DNA from: Nitrososphaeraceae archaeon
GTDB lineage: Archaea > Thermoproteota > Nitrososphaeria > Nitrososphaerales > Nitrososphaeraceae
Direction of reading: 5' to 3'
DNA: 50,068 nucleotides
NCBI GenBank assembly: GCA_021325075.1
Contig: JAJPHX010000052.1
Location: 1-50,068, forward strand
Part shown: positions 1 through 8,923 of the stretch, piece by piece
Layout: each line of letters starts with the position of its first letter
Position numbering within the stretch: the stretch's first letter is position 1
Position numbers and translations under genes: made by a program
Notes under the pieces: model-generated
The model's database searches: none
What the model saw: only the letters and a program-made list of their open reading frames with translations
Told to the model about the DNA's origin: nothing

Positions 1-170
1 GAAGCACCGCTTTTTGCTTCAAGCGTGGCAAGCATTTCAAGGGGAGAGGGCTCCATCAGCTTGAAATTGAAGAGCCGGGCAGTCTCAAAGAACTTGTCCC
101 TGACATAACTGATGTTAGCAAATTCCTCTGCTTCTAGGTCACGCATGCCGCGTGGAAGCTCTAGCTTCAC
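1..170 (-). CDS. hisS: Histidyl-tRNA synthetase, N-terminal fragment (continues beyond window edge)
   Basis: Manual translation from GTG at 170: MKLELPRGMRDLEAEEFANISYVRDKFFETARLFNFKLMEPSPLE...; the PRG-RD start and following helix are typical of HisRS motif 1. Confidence 0.85.
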   Translation of the reverse strand, partial: MKLELPRGMRDLEAEEFANISYVRDKFFETARLFNFKLMEPSPLEMLATLEAKSGA

Positions 171-247
171 ACCAGTAGCCAGCAGCGCGTTAGCATTTAG
201 ATTTTGCGATGAACGTATAATAACAGTCGCCCGGATCAAGACCGGCA

Positions 248-673
248 TTGGCAGGCGGCTACAGGTACCTTGACCACATGACAGATGCGGTCATTGAAGC
301 ATACGGAAGTACGCTTGAAGAAGCTTTTGAAAATGCCGCCAAGGCGCTCAATGACACCATGATCGACCTAAAAGACATCAAGCCTGATAGGGAGGTCAAG
401 ATTGAAGCAAGAGGACATGACCTGCATGAGCTTCTTTTTGACTGGCTTGACAAGGTGATGCTGCTGCTCGTTGCAGATGGAATCGTGATGTCTGAATTTT
501 CAGTCAGGATAAAGCAGGATGGGAATTATTCGCTTGAAGGTGTCGCAAAGGGCGAGTCACTGAACCTTGAAAAGCACCACTACAAGGTAGAGATAAAAGC
601 AGTGACGTACCATGAAATGGAGATTACGCAGGAAGAGGGTAGAGTTACAGTAAGGTTCCTGCTTGATCTATAA
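248..673 (+). CDS. Archease (SHS2 domain, RtcB activator)
   Basis: YRYLDHMTDA N-terminal motif, EEAFENAA, C-terminal EIKAVTYH...LDL. Confidence 0.92.
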   Translation: MAGGYRYLDHMTDAVIEAYGSTLEEAFENAAKALNDTMIDLKDIKPDREVKIEARGHDLHELLFDWLDKVMLLLVADGIVMSEFSVRIKQDGNYSLEGVAKGESLNLEKHHYKVEIKAVTYHEMEITQEEGRVTVRFLLDL

Positions 674-726
674 AAAAACTTATTAAAACAGTCGCCCTCG
701 CGACATTGAGAAGTGCATAGAGGATT

Positions 727-1311
727 ATGCCAGAAGAGAAAATTAACGTAGTGGGAATAAATGTGCTAAAGCAGAACGGCGCCAACGTCGACGAGATAGT
801 AAAGGGGCTTATGTCAAACGCATCAGTGGAATTTACCGCGTACTATTATTTCACCAACCTGCGCGCGCACTGCACCGGCCTTGAAGGTGAGGGCATCAAA
901 GGCGTGATAGAGGACGCGCGCCTTGAGGACCTGAGCCACTTTGAGTCCTGCATCCAGAGGATCTACGAGCTTGGTGGAAGCCTGCCAAACGACGCGATGG
1001 AGTTTGTCAGGATGTCCGGATGCGAATTTCTGCAACTGCCATCTCCAACAACGAACCTGCCTGAAATACTAAAGAAATGCCTGGTAGCAGAGCAAGGGGC
1101 AATCGTGAACTGGAACAAGATGTGCAACCTGACGATGGGCAAGGACCCGGCGACTTATGACATTGCAAAAGATATCCTAAAAGAAGAAATCGAACACGAG
1201 TCGTGGTTCCTTGAGCTGCTCTACGGTAGGCCGTCCGGGCACATGAGGAGAAAGTTTGCCGGCGAGAGGCCGCACACCCGCAAGCACTCTAGGGCACTGG
1301 ACGTATCATAA
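727..1311 (+). CDS. DPS-like (DpsL) ferritin-superfamily DNA-protection protein
   Basis: EFTAYYYF, EDARLEDLSHFE, AEQGAI, EEIEHESWF di-iron ligands, two Cys, C-terminal GHMRR; resembles archaeal DPSL. Confidence 0.85.
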   Translation: MPEEKINVVGINVLKQNGANVDEIVKGLMSNASVEFTAYYYFTNLRAHCTGLEGEGIKGVIEDARLEDLSHFESCIQRIYELGGSLPNDAMEFVRMSGCEFLQLPSPTTNLPEILKKCLVAEQGAIVNWNKMCNLTMGKDPATYDIAKDILKEEIEHESWFLELLYGRPSGHMRRKFAGERPHTRKHSRALDVS

Positions 1312-1329
1312 ATTTTTTAAGAGCGCGGC

Positions 1330-2040
1330 CTAGGCCGTCGCTTCTTTTGCGTCTTTCTTGACGTATACATACTGCATTATCAGGCCCGCGATCACTGCGC
1401 CGACTATTGGGCCTACCCAGTATATCCAGTGAAAGTCCCAGTAACCTGAAATTATTGCCGGACCCAGCGTTCTTGCAGGATTGACGCTTGCGCCTGTCAG
1501 CGGGACACCTACCAGATGAATCAAGAATATCATGCCGCCGATAGCAATGCCTGCCATCCCAGCTGCAGCCTTTCTATGGACAGCTGCCATGAATATGGTC
1601 GTCACAAGGAAGAACGTGAGTATCATCTCAACAGCCACGCCTGAAGCCGCGCTGTGATTCAAGAGCTCGCTTGGTCCTCCTTGGGTGCCAAAGTTCACCT
1701 TGGCCCCGGCTACCGGCAAAATTGCCTTGTGCGCAGCTGCAGCGACAATCGCTCCTATTATCTGCGAGCCGATGTAGGCGGCGCCGTCCTTGATGTTGAT
1801 GTTCTTTGTGACCATCATGGCTATCGTGACTGCCGGGTTGATGTGCGCTCCGGAGATGTGACCAAAGGCATAGATCATTAGACCTATTGCAGCACCGTGT
1901 GCAAGTGAAATCATGATTATGCCGTCAAGCGTCAACCCGGTTCCAAACAACACTGCAGCCATCGTGACGGACAGCGGACCAAAGAATACCAACGCAAAAG
2001 TGGCTATACCTTCAGCAAGCCATGCCCTAGGATTTACCAA
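1330..2040 (-). CDS. Aquaporin / MIP family channel
   Basis: Two NPA motifs (SGAHINPAVT, GASVNPART), six hydrophobic helices. Confidence 0.95.
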   Translation of the reverse strand: MVNPRAWLAEGIATFALVFFGPLSVTMAAVLFGTGLTLDGIIMISLAHGAAIGLMIYAFGHISGAHINPAVTIAMMVTKNINIKDGAAYIGSQIIGAIVAAAAHKAILPVAGAKVNFGTQGGPSELLNHSAASGVAVEMILTFFLVTTIFMAAVHRKAAAGMAGIAIGGMIFLIHLVGVPLTGASVNPARTLGPAIISGYWDFHWIYWVGPIVGAVIAGLIMQYVYVKKDAKEATA

Positions 2041-2066
2041 TACATGCCATTAGCCTTTAGATTTCT

Positions 2067-2074
2067 ATATAAAA
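2067..2074 (-). promoter_or_regulatory. Putative TATA box for a leaderless aquaporin transcript
   Basis: TTTTATAT on minus strand about 27-34 nt upstream of the TTG start at 2040. Confidence 0.5.
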
Positions 2075-2085
2075 GCATCGAAAAA

Positions 2086-3111
2086 TCATCCAAACCACTG
2101 CTCAAGCGACTGGCTGCGGTTCGATACCGACTTTTGGAGTTTGTCTAGCGTGCCGCTTACCCTGTCAGCGGAAAAGCTCTTCTCTACGCACAGAAAATCA
2201 AGCACTTTTTCGCGGTTGACCTCTCCAATGTCTATCCTGTCAACCTTTGGCACCTCTGGGTTGAGAAAGATATTCCTTATCTCCTGGTACGGCACGTCGG
2301 GCAGAAGGTGCTTTATCTTCTCTATATTCTCAAGCTTGCCGTTCTCTTTTACCATCTTGAGCGCAGTCTTGGGACCAATTCCGGGAAACCCGCCGGGGTT
2401 AAAGTCGGTGCCTATCAATATCCCGACGTCCACCAGCTGCTCTTGCGTCAGGCTGATTTCTTGAAGCACTCTTTCGTGCTCTAGCATCTCTGGCTCTACG
2501 TCGACGTACACATTCTTGTTTGGCACCTTGCGCTTGCCGCTGATGGCAAGGTTGCGCACCAGCTTTTTTGCGCCAAACAAAATAGAATCATAGTCTTGGC
2601 TGGCTGCTGCAAAAGCAAGGCCGCGCTTTGTAAGGTACGCTGCAGCTGCCTCCCCGTCTGACGGCGCTTGAATATATGGTATCCCAAGATAGGATAGCAT
2701 CTTTTTCGACTCTTCAACCATCTTGTCCGTCAGGACAGCGGTGCGCTTGCCATACTTTTGCGCATCCTCCATCCTGCCTTCTTCAATGGCCAGCTGGTAT
2801 TTTTCAGTGGCTTCTTTTTTCAGCTTGCTCCTGCGCTCTATCTCCGTAATCTTCAATTCGTTTGCCTTGCCGTCAAAGACATAGACTGGCTTGATGTTTT
2901 CCATTAGCAGGTTGGCGTTTCGGTAGAACAGGCCACTCAGGTGGCTTGTGACGTCGCCCTTGCTGTTCATAAGAGGCTCGCCGGTTGGCCCCCTTATGAT
3001 GCTGAGGAACTGGTAGATCGTGTTGTAGGCGTCAATTGCAATTACCTTGCCTGACAGCTCGGACAGCTTTATCGGCGCAGGCGTCACCAGCGGCTTGAGG
3101 TCTAGACCCAT
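2086..3111 (-). CDS. fen: Flap endonuclease 1
   Basis: IDAYNTIYQFL, TSHLSGLFYR, GEAAAA, SQDYD, GTDFN, GIGPKTA helix-hairpin, C-terminal PIP-like QSLEQWF. Confidence 0.97.
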   Translation of the reverse strand: MGLDLKPLVTPAPIKLSELSGKVIAIDAYNTIYQFLSIIRGPTGEPLMNSKGDVTSHLSGLFYRNANLLMENIKPVYVFDGKANELKITEIERRSKLKKEATEKYQLAIEEGRMEDAQKYGKRTAVLTDKMVEESKKMLSYLGIPYIQAPSDGEAAAAYLTKRGLAFAAASQDYDSILFGAKKLVRNLAISGKRKVPNKNVYVDVEPEMLEHERVLQEISLTQEQLVDVGILIGTDFNPGGFPGIGPKTALKMVKENGKLENIEKIKHLLPDVPYQEIRNIFLNPEVPKVDRIDIGEVNREKVLDFLCVEKSFSADRVSGTLDKLQKSVSNRSQSLEQWFG

Positions 3112-3210
3112 TTCCTGTTATCCCACAGATGATGGCACCACAAAAACTTTTAACTTTTCAGGTTATCAAGCAAAAAGAAGGCTTTTTACATCGACAAAGC
3201 AAAAAATGAT

Positions 3211-3948
3211 TTACTGCTTGTAGTTCTTTATCGTATGGGCGATCCACTCGACGTCTTGTTTTGTCTTTGCAAGGCGTCCGATTTTTATGCAGTCGCGGAT
3301 GTCCTTTGACTTGAGCTTTGTCCACACAGCGTCCGCTATTGCGGCGGCGACTTCAGCCGGGATTCCTTCGCGCCCAAGGATATGGACGCACACTTGCTGA
3401 AATGAACCAAAGGAGTACTGCTTGAAATGGAGGACCACGAATCTTGACAGTAGCGGAGTGAGCATCCTGTCGGTGCCGTTGCTTGTGGCAAAAACCCATG
3501 TCTTTAGCTGGGTGTTTCTGGTCTTCTGGAACTTTGTCTCTGCAACTATGCCGGTTTCCATCAAGCTTAGAAGGGCGGTCTGGTCCTTCATCGGCATGTG
3601 CTCTATCTCGTCAACTATCAGATAGCGGGGGCGCTTTTCAAACAGGTAGTCTATCATGCCAGATTTAGTGCTGTGACTCCCAAGCGTAAAGTAAGAGCGC
3701 TCTAGCTTCATGCACTCAAGCATAAAGAGTGTCTTGGCAGACGCGGGAGGACCGACAAGCAGTATGTGCACCGGCTTGTCAGATGACAGCGACATCTCGA
3801 ATAGTTTTTTCACGTCGTCATAACCGACGATGCTTTCAAAGAGCTGCTCGGGCTTTTCTGCTGCAGGCTCACTTGCTGGCATTCTTGCCATTTCTTCAGG
3901 AGATGCGTCTTCCTGCTCGACTCCTACCGGCAGCTCGTCTTCAGACAC
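3211..3948 (-). CDS. AAA+ ATPase of unknown function (RuvB/MCM-like core)
   Basis: Walker A GPPASAKT, Walker B LIVDEIE, sensor ATSN, arginine finger LLSRF. Confidence 0.8.
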   Translation of the reverse strand: MSEDELPVGVEQEDASPEEMARMPASEPAAEKPEQLFESIVGYDDVKKLFEMSLSSDKPVHILLVGPPASAKTLFMLECMKLERSYFTLGSHSTKSGMIDYLFEKRPRYLIVDEIEHMPMKDQTALLSLMETGIVAETKFQKTRNTQLKTWVFATSNGTDRMLTPLLSRFVVLHFKQYSFGSFQQVCVHILGREGIPAEVAAAIADAVWTKLKSKDIRDCIKIGRLAKTKQDVEWIAHTIKNYKQ

Positions 3949-4025
3949 TGCGCTGTGACTACCGTAATCCGGCTTTAGATGTTCCTGCTAAATTGTAGTG
4001 CGTAGAAGCTGAAATTTTCTAGACT

Positions 4026-4343
4026 CTAGTTGGCAAAGGAGCGTATCGCTGAAATCGCGTCGCTGTTTAGCTTGAGAGTAAATGCCGCCGCATCGTCTGT
4101 TGGGATCTTTGAGAGCTCGTCAAGGAACTGCGTCTTGTCCTTGCCCCGCTCGTACATCCCGCCTGACTCTTTGATGCACAGGGGGAATTTCTGCATCTTG
4201 ATGCCCTTTGAATTGAGGTGGCTGATGAAACGCCTGTACGCGTCAATGCTGTACCAGTCCCAACCGCGTTCATCGCAGTACATTATCCAGACGTCTATCG
4301 TATTCTGGAAAAATGCTTTTTGGCGTAGCTCTTCAAGTGTCAT
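4026..4343 (-). CDS. Hypothetical protein
   Basis: 105-aa ORF, co-oriented and 3 nt from upstream gene, protein-like composition. Confidence 0.7.
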   Translation of the reverse strand: MTLEELRQKAFFQNTIDVWIMYCDERGWDWYSIDAYRRFISHLNSKGIKMQKFPLCIKESGGMYERGKDKTQFLDELSKIPTDDAAAFTLKLNSDAISAIRSFAN

Positions 4344-4346
4344 GTG

Positions 4347-4664
4347 CTAAAAGTCTGCCCTGCGCATCTTGCTTCCGCAGCGTGGGCAGGCGCCGCCCTT
4401 GAATCTGTGGCCGCAGGCGATGCAGATATAGTTGATGCCACCGCCTCCGCCAAGCATGCCTCCAAATCCCCCTCCTCCGCCTCCCATTCCCATGCGGGCC
4501 ATCGCGCGTTTGCGCATGTAATAAGAAATACCTATGAAAATTGCAATAGATGGGATGATGCCTAGAATTGGCATTCCAAACCAGATCCCGAAAAGCCAAG
4601 TCAATAGCAGGCTTATGGCAAGAGATATGATTATCCATGCCATCTGCTGTCCCATCCAGTTCAA
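4347..4664 (-). CDS. Membrane protein with Gly-rich linker and C-terminal C4 zinc ribbon
   Basis: Two hydrophobic helices, poly-Gly, CIAC...CPRC. Confidence 0.7.
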   Translation of the reverse strand: MNWMGQQMAWIIISLAISLLLTWLFGIWFGMPILGIIPSIAIFIGISYYMRKRAMARMGMGGGGGGFGGMLGGGGGINYICIACGHRFKGGACPRCGSKMRRADF

Positions 4665-4786
4665 CGTTTGTCAATTGATATTGGGGTTGTTCTTTTATTA
4701 AGTTTTCCAGCAATTGCTATGCAAAATCAGGAAAATGTCAAAACTGTTGAAAATGTAATTAACCACCCTTTAGATATAACTACCGG

Positions 4787-4999
4787 TTGCCAAAGCCGGC
4801 GGTTGCGCCTTCAATCTTTATGCTTTGTGAGAGCTGCTACTGGTGCGCGACATATCTTGACAAGACGAGGGTGATTGACAAATGCCCGATGTGCTCGGCC
4901 ACCATGCTTTCGAGCTTTCCGATAATGCCTGACGAATCGTTCATTTTCAGCTACGACAGCAAAAGAGGAGTCGAGTTGGACTTTACGCGCAGAAAGTAG
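4787..4999 (+). CDS. Small Cys-rich zinc-finger-like protein
   Basis: CESCYWC...CPMC; AT-rich TATA-like sequence upstream. Confidence 0.65.
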   Translation: MPKPAVAPSIFMLCESCYWCATYLDKTRVIDKCPMCSATMLSSFPIMPDESFIFSYDSKRGVELDFTRRK

Positions 5000-5416
5000 T
5001 CACGCAGACTCGACGATCTTGAGCTCATACTTGTCGCCGTTTCTATCGTAAGCTGCTATCGTTTCGTCTTCGTACGGGTGGCTGATTATGACTGACACAA
5101 AACCGTAGAATCCCCTGTTCAGGTCTTCAAGCGAAGGCCTGTTTGAGCCTCCCGGGTGAGAATGCGCGGAGCCGATATACGAGCCATCAAACGGCAAATC
5201 ATGTATAGGAAAGCCGGAGTAGAATGGGCCGCTTGAAGCAAATGGCGGGATGACGAGCCCGTCGATGACGATCTGCTCCTTGTTCTGCCCGCCCTGCAAA
5301 ACCAATATGGCTTCGTTTGGGTGCCGCGCCTTGGAATATGTGATGATGCCATCAGCTGCCTGCCTTGTTATGACTACTTTTCTACGCGTCCTTGGCTGCT
5401 GTGTTTTAAAGATCAC
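5000..5416 (-). CDS. JAB/MPN+ (JAMM) metalloprotease family protein
   Basis: HPNE then HSHP-x6-S-xx-D (HSHPGGSNRPSLED) JAMM motif. Confidence 0.88.
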   Translation of the reverse strand: MIFKTQQPRTRRKVVITRQAADGIITYSKARHPNEAILVLQGGQNKEQIVIDGLVIPPFASSGPFYSGFPIHDLPFDGSYIGSAHSHPGGSNRPSLEDLNRGFYGFVSVIISHPYEDETIAAYDRNGDKYELKIVESA

Positions 5417-5548
5417 TAGAAAATTTCAGAATGAAACTTTTATTTTAACATTGGTGAACACGCGACTGATTTCGTCAGCAGCCATGACAATTGACAGATA
5501 TGGATAATAACAGGTGCTACGTAGTAGCTTCAGTTCGATGACGGCCGA

Positions 5549-5833
5549 ATGTTGCTGAAAAGGGAGACTGATACCAACAAAATAATTTTGCGGAGGGGCG
5601 CGGTTGGAAACGACCGTGACGGGACGCCACTTTTGATAAATGGCAGGGGAGAGGCTTACCGCGTGAATGACACGGCAGTGTCGCTCTGGAACATGTGCAA
5701 CGGGATCACTTTTGACGACCTTTTGCTTGAAGTCCTCCGCATTTCAAGCGGAGATGAGGACGAAGTGCGCAAATCACTTGAGCAGATGGTAAGGCAGTTC
5801 CACAAGATATCAGTTGTCGAGCTGCGGGGCTAG
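5549..5833 (+). CDS. PqqD / RiPP-recognition-element-like protein
   Basis: Beta-rich N-half, YRVNDTAVSLWNMCNG then helices; matches PqqD-family pattern (LN-x-TG-xx-IW-xx-DG). Confidence 0.6.
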   Translation: MLLKRETDTNKIILRRGAVGNDRDGTPLLINGRGEAYRVNDTAVSLWNMCNGITFDDLLLEVLRISSGDEDEVRKSLEQMVRQFHKISVVELRG

Positions 5834-6324
5834 CGCTGCCCGCAGATCTGAAACGCAAACATCACATAGCCTGCCCTCATACCGTTGCGCCTGTAAGGAT
5901 AGAAATTATTTGTCTCCTTTGGCATCAGTTCGCGCTTGATCGCGTAGGCCTCCTGCTTTTGGACAGACATCTTTACAAGGCGCTCGCCAAGTATAGTTGA
6001 CCACGGCAGCTGCGGAAGCGAGTCTTTCTTGGTGACAAGCATCGCGACTACCCTGTTTGGGTTCTCACGGTCTAGGATGATAGAGTAATTGTAGTCGTCC
6101 TTTTCGCCAAATGGGTCGGGCAGGCAGTACGGGTCGATGTGGACATATTCCTGCAGCCTGTCGCGAAGTGCGTCCGCAAGACCTGCAGCGATCGCAACGT
6201 CAGACATTGACAATTTCCTCAATTCTTCAGTAGTGGGTAGCCTTATTGATGTCGCCAGCACGGATGTACTGTTAAAACACGAATTATATAATTTTTTAAT
6301 CATTGATAAAGGCATAAATTGCAA
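5830..6324 (-). CDS. Hypothetical protein (true start may be downstream, near 6258)
   Basis: Long ORF, protein-like from LATSIRLPT onward; no recognised motif. Confidence 0.65.
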   Translation of the reverse strand: MQFMPLSMIKKLYNSCFNSTSVLATSIRLPTTEELRKLSMSDVAIAAGLADALRDRLQEYVHIDPYCLPDPFGEKDDYNYSIILDRENPNRVVAMLVTKKDSLPQLPWSTILGERLVKMSVQKQEAYAIKRELMPKETNNFYPYRRNGMRAGYVMFAFQICGQR

Positions 6325-6342
6325 TGTTTCTTCACAAAGAGC

Positions 6343-6474
6343 GCCGGGGTACCCAAGCTAGGTAAGTCACAATGGTAGACCCTAAAAGGGGTCAGCCTCG
6401 AGATCATAGGTGCAGGGTATGACGCGCTAGCTGATGTCCTTCGGGACTCGAGGGTTCGAGTCCCTCTCCCGGCG
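6343..6474 (+). tRNA. tRNA-Ser(CGA) with canonical 37/38 intron (6403-6428) and a probable second intron in the D-arm (~6364-6385)
   Basis: Acceptor GCCGGGG/TCCCGGC+G73; anticodon stem TCAGC/GCTGA with CT-CGA-G (anticodon 6399-6401); long variable arm GTCC-TTCG-GGAC; T-arm GAGGG-TTCGAGT-CCCTC; intron helix TCATA/TATGA. Confidence 0.9.
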
Positions 6475-6571
6475 CTTCATCCTTTTTTCCACAGTTGCCA
6501 TGCCACGCCTGCAAGGCCCATATCTACAAGCATGACAGTATAGACTATTCTCAAAAACAGATCTTTTGTGT

Positions 6572-6739
6572 TCACAATTCCGCCTCAATGTGGATTGAAT
6601 TTTCGTCTACTCCATGATCTTCATTGTAAAAGTGGAATTGGCAGGCAGTAGGGCAGAACCTGTTACTGTCATCCTCCAAGCACACGACGCTCTTGAGGTC
6701 AAAATACCGACAGTATTTTGCATACTTGCATTGTGGCAA
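6572..6739 (-). CDS. Small Cys-rich protein (55 aa), not in ORF track
   Basis: TTG start: MPQCKYAKYCRYFDLKSVVCLEDDSNRFCPTACQFHFYNEDHGVDENSIHIEAEL; fills an otherwise empty gap; GGAAGG just upstream. Confidence 0.5.
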   Translation of the reverse strand: MPQCKYAKYCRYFDLKSVVCLEDDSNRFCPTACQFHFYNEDHGVDENSIHIEAEL

Positions 6740-6837
6740 ACCAGCCTTCCATGATGCTGGAAGGTTTAGTCGTTTTGCTTAGATTGTACTAGAGAAAACT
6801 TGTGTCAGTCATCGATGTCCATTACTGGGAACATTGG

Positions 6838-7062
6838 CTAGAGCCGGATCACGTATTTGGCTGCAAATCTTACATCCTCTGGCTTTATCGTCTTTCTCCC
6901 CGCGTGCATCGACAGGTCCACGGCTTGCTTGGCAATCCTCTCGGCAACCTCTTCAAGCACTTTTCTCAGCTCATCAGCGGCGTCGTCACTTACTCGCTCT
7001 GCTCCGGATTTTTTCATTACTCGATACATTGCTGCAAGGCCGAATTCGGGACCAGAAGACAT
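6838..7062 (-). CDS. Archaeal histone (HMf family)
   Basis: GAERVSDDA and HAGRKTIKPEDV histone-fold motifs, 74 aa. Confidence 0.95.
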   Translation of the reverse strand: MSSGPEFGLAAMYRVMKKSGAERVSDDAADELRKVLEEVAERIAKQAVDLSMHAGRKTIKPEDVRFAAKYVIRL

Positions 7063-7125
7063 GGCTTGATGTGAGGGCCACTTTGTTAAAAGTTTATTTT
7101 CTGTTTACGGCTGCCAACAACATCA

Positions 7126-7878
7126 TTGCTCCTTGACGCGCACGTGCACCTCACAGACAGCGAGTATTCAGGCTATCTACAGCATGTCATAGCCAGCCTG
7201 CGCGCAATGAAGATCGTCGCGTGCTCTGTCACTGTTGACACTGAAACTACTTTGCGCAGCTTCATCCTCTTTGATTCATGCCGCGACGCGGTCAAGCAGT
7301 TCGTTGGAATCCACCCCGAGGCCGCGGCAAGGGATGATTTGGAAAAATTCAAGGACATTTTTCAGTCGCACCTGCAGTCAATCGACGGCGTTGGCGAGAT
7401 CGGCCTTGACGGCACCTATGACGTCCCATATGACCGGCAAAAACAGGTCTTTAACGCCATGCTTGCGCTTGCCGAGTCGGCAGGCAAGCCGGCGTCAATA
7501 CACTCCAGGAAGGCGCTTGACGGCATACTGGACATCCTGCCTTCGTACAGGCTAAAGGGCGTGCTTTTGCACTGGTTTGCAGGCAGCAAGAAGCAGCTGG
7601 CAAGGTCGATGGACATGGGGTTGTACGTATCGTACGGGCCTACGCTTGTGTACTCAGACGACAAAAAGGTGCTCCTGAAAAACACAAACAGGGAAAGGTT
7701 CCTTGTGGAGACTGACGGGCCTGTCAGGTACTCCCGGTGCTTTGAGAGCCTGCCCTCCGTTTCCAGCTCGTTTCTGGTAAGTGTAGTCGCCTCCTCAGCT
7801 CGCGTCTTGGGCATTACCTATGAAGAAGCCGTCCAATTGCTTGAAAAGAACTCGCAGTCCTATCTTGGCAGGGTATAA
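7126..7878 (+). CDS. tatD: TatD family deoxyribonuclease
   Basis: DAHVH, GIHP, VGEIGLD, IHSR, LHWF, ETDGP. Confidence 0.93.
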   Translation: MLLDAHVHLTDSEYSGYLQHVIASLRAMKIVACSVTVDTETTLRSFILFDSCRDAVKQFVGIHPEAAARDDLEKFKDIFQSHLQSIDGVGEIGLDGTYDVPYDRQKQVFNAMLALAESAGKPASIHSRKALDGILDILPSYRLKGVLLHWFAGSKKQLARSMDMGLYVSYGPTLVYSDDKKVLLKNTNRERFLVETDGPVRYSRCFESLPSVSSSFLVSVVASSARVLGITYEEAVQLLEKNSQSYLGRV

Positions 7879-7916
7879 CAAAGATAAAATATCCTTACAT
7901 TTGCCTTTCACACTGG

Positions 7917-8159
7917 ATGAATAGGATAAAGCGCATCTCTACGGAACTCTTGCAAAAGCACCCAGACAAGTTTGGGCTCGAGTTTGACACTAACAAGAAG
8001 GCTCTCAATGAAATTGCCATTGTAAGGTCAAAAGTTATGAGAAACGAACTTGCTGGCTACATCACCGCGCATCTGCGCAAGCAGGCGGCGCAAGAAAAAG
8101 CCTCGCTGGCTGCTGCAGCTGGAGAGACCGAAGAGGAAACTGAAGAAGCAGAAGAATGA
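7917..8159 (+). CDS. rps17e: 30S ribosomal protein S17e
   Basis: IKRISTELL...F..EFDTNKK...SKVMRNELAGYIT, acidic tail. Confidence 0.95.
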   Translation: MNRIKRISTELLQKHPDKFGLEFDTNKKALNEIAIVRSKVMRNELAGYITAHLRKQAAQEKASLAAAAGETEEETEEAEE

Positions 8160-8923
8160 TAACAGTAAGGCTGCTTGGCGGAGCCAGAAAGGCAGTAGGC
8201 AAGCAGGCAGTCGATATCGACAAACCTTCTGTGTCAGTTTCTGAAATTCTAAAATTCTTGCAGGGCATTTCAGCCGAGCCCAAGCTTTTGCAGCCAAACA
8301 ACCTTATCGTTGCAATAAACGGGGTCGATTCTGCCGCCCTGCAGGGTGAAAATACCGTGGCAAAAAGCGGCGACGCTGTCACCATAGTCACTGTAGTTCA
8401 TGGCGGGGCGGATTATTTCTTTGATGGCAATCATGTATTAGTGATTGGTGTTAACGACATCGTACACGACCCAGGAAAGCTCGTTGACAGAATGCGCGCC
8501 GAAAACAAAGACGTGTCAATACAGGCGATAAATGCTGATTCAGTTTATGGGCTCGATCATGTGCTGGGCATCATCAGGATAGCCCTTGAAGCGGAAAGAC
8601 GAAAAGTCATGCTTGCAAACAAGTTTGAGACAGAGCTTCTGATGAGGCTTGCATGCACTGACCAGATCTCGGAAGCGATTAAAAGGGCGGGATTAAAGCA
8701 AGGCGCGCCCGGCTGCCTTATCGCATTGTCGCAGGATAATTCTGCATTGCAACAATTTGCAAGTTATGTGAAGGAAAATTTCGTGATAGACGATACTGTG
8801 CTCAACACAAGCAAGAAAAAAAGAAAACAGCTGTCTGGCATGCTTGGTCTGGCGTCTAGCAGATTCAAAGATGATGAATTTCTGCACTACCTTCTTGAAA
8901 GAGCCGCAATACTTGTAAAATAA
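8156..8923 (+). CDS. cgi121: Ubiquitin-like (MoaD/ThiS/SAMP) domain fused to KEOPS subunit Cgi121
   Basis: N-terminal beta-grasp (LIVAINGVD...GDAVTIVTVVHGG) then Cgi121 motifs (ETELLMRLACTDQISEAIKRAGL, LLERAAIL). Confidence 0.85.
   Translation: MITVRLLGGARKAVGKQAVDIDKPSVSVSEILKFLQGISAEPKLLQPNNLIVAINGVDSAALQGENTVAKSGDAVTIVTVVHGGADYFFDGNHVLVIGVNDIVHDPGKLVDRMRAENKDVSIQAINADSVYGLDHVLGIIRIALEAERRKVMLANKFETELLMRLACTDQISEAIKRAGLKQGAPGCLIALSQDNSALQQFASYVKENFVIDDTVLNTSKKKRKQLSGMLGLASSRFKDDEFLHYLLERAAILVK

Noticed and set aside
3211-3948. AAA ATPase as true RuvB or MCM helicase
   Set aside because: Only 245 aa; lacks the MCM N-terminal Zn/OB domains and the RuvB C-terminal domain; no ruvA adjacent
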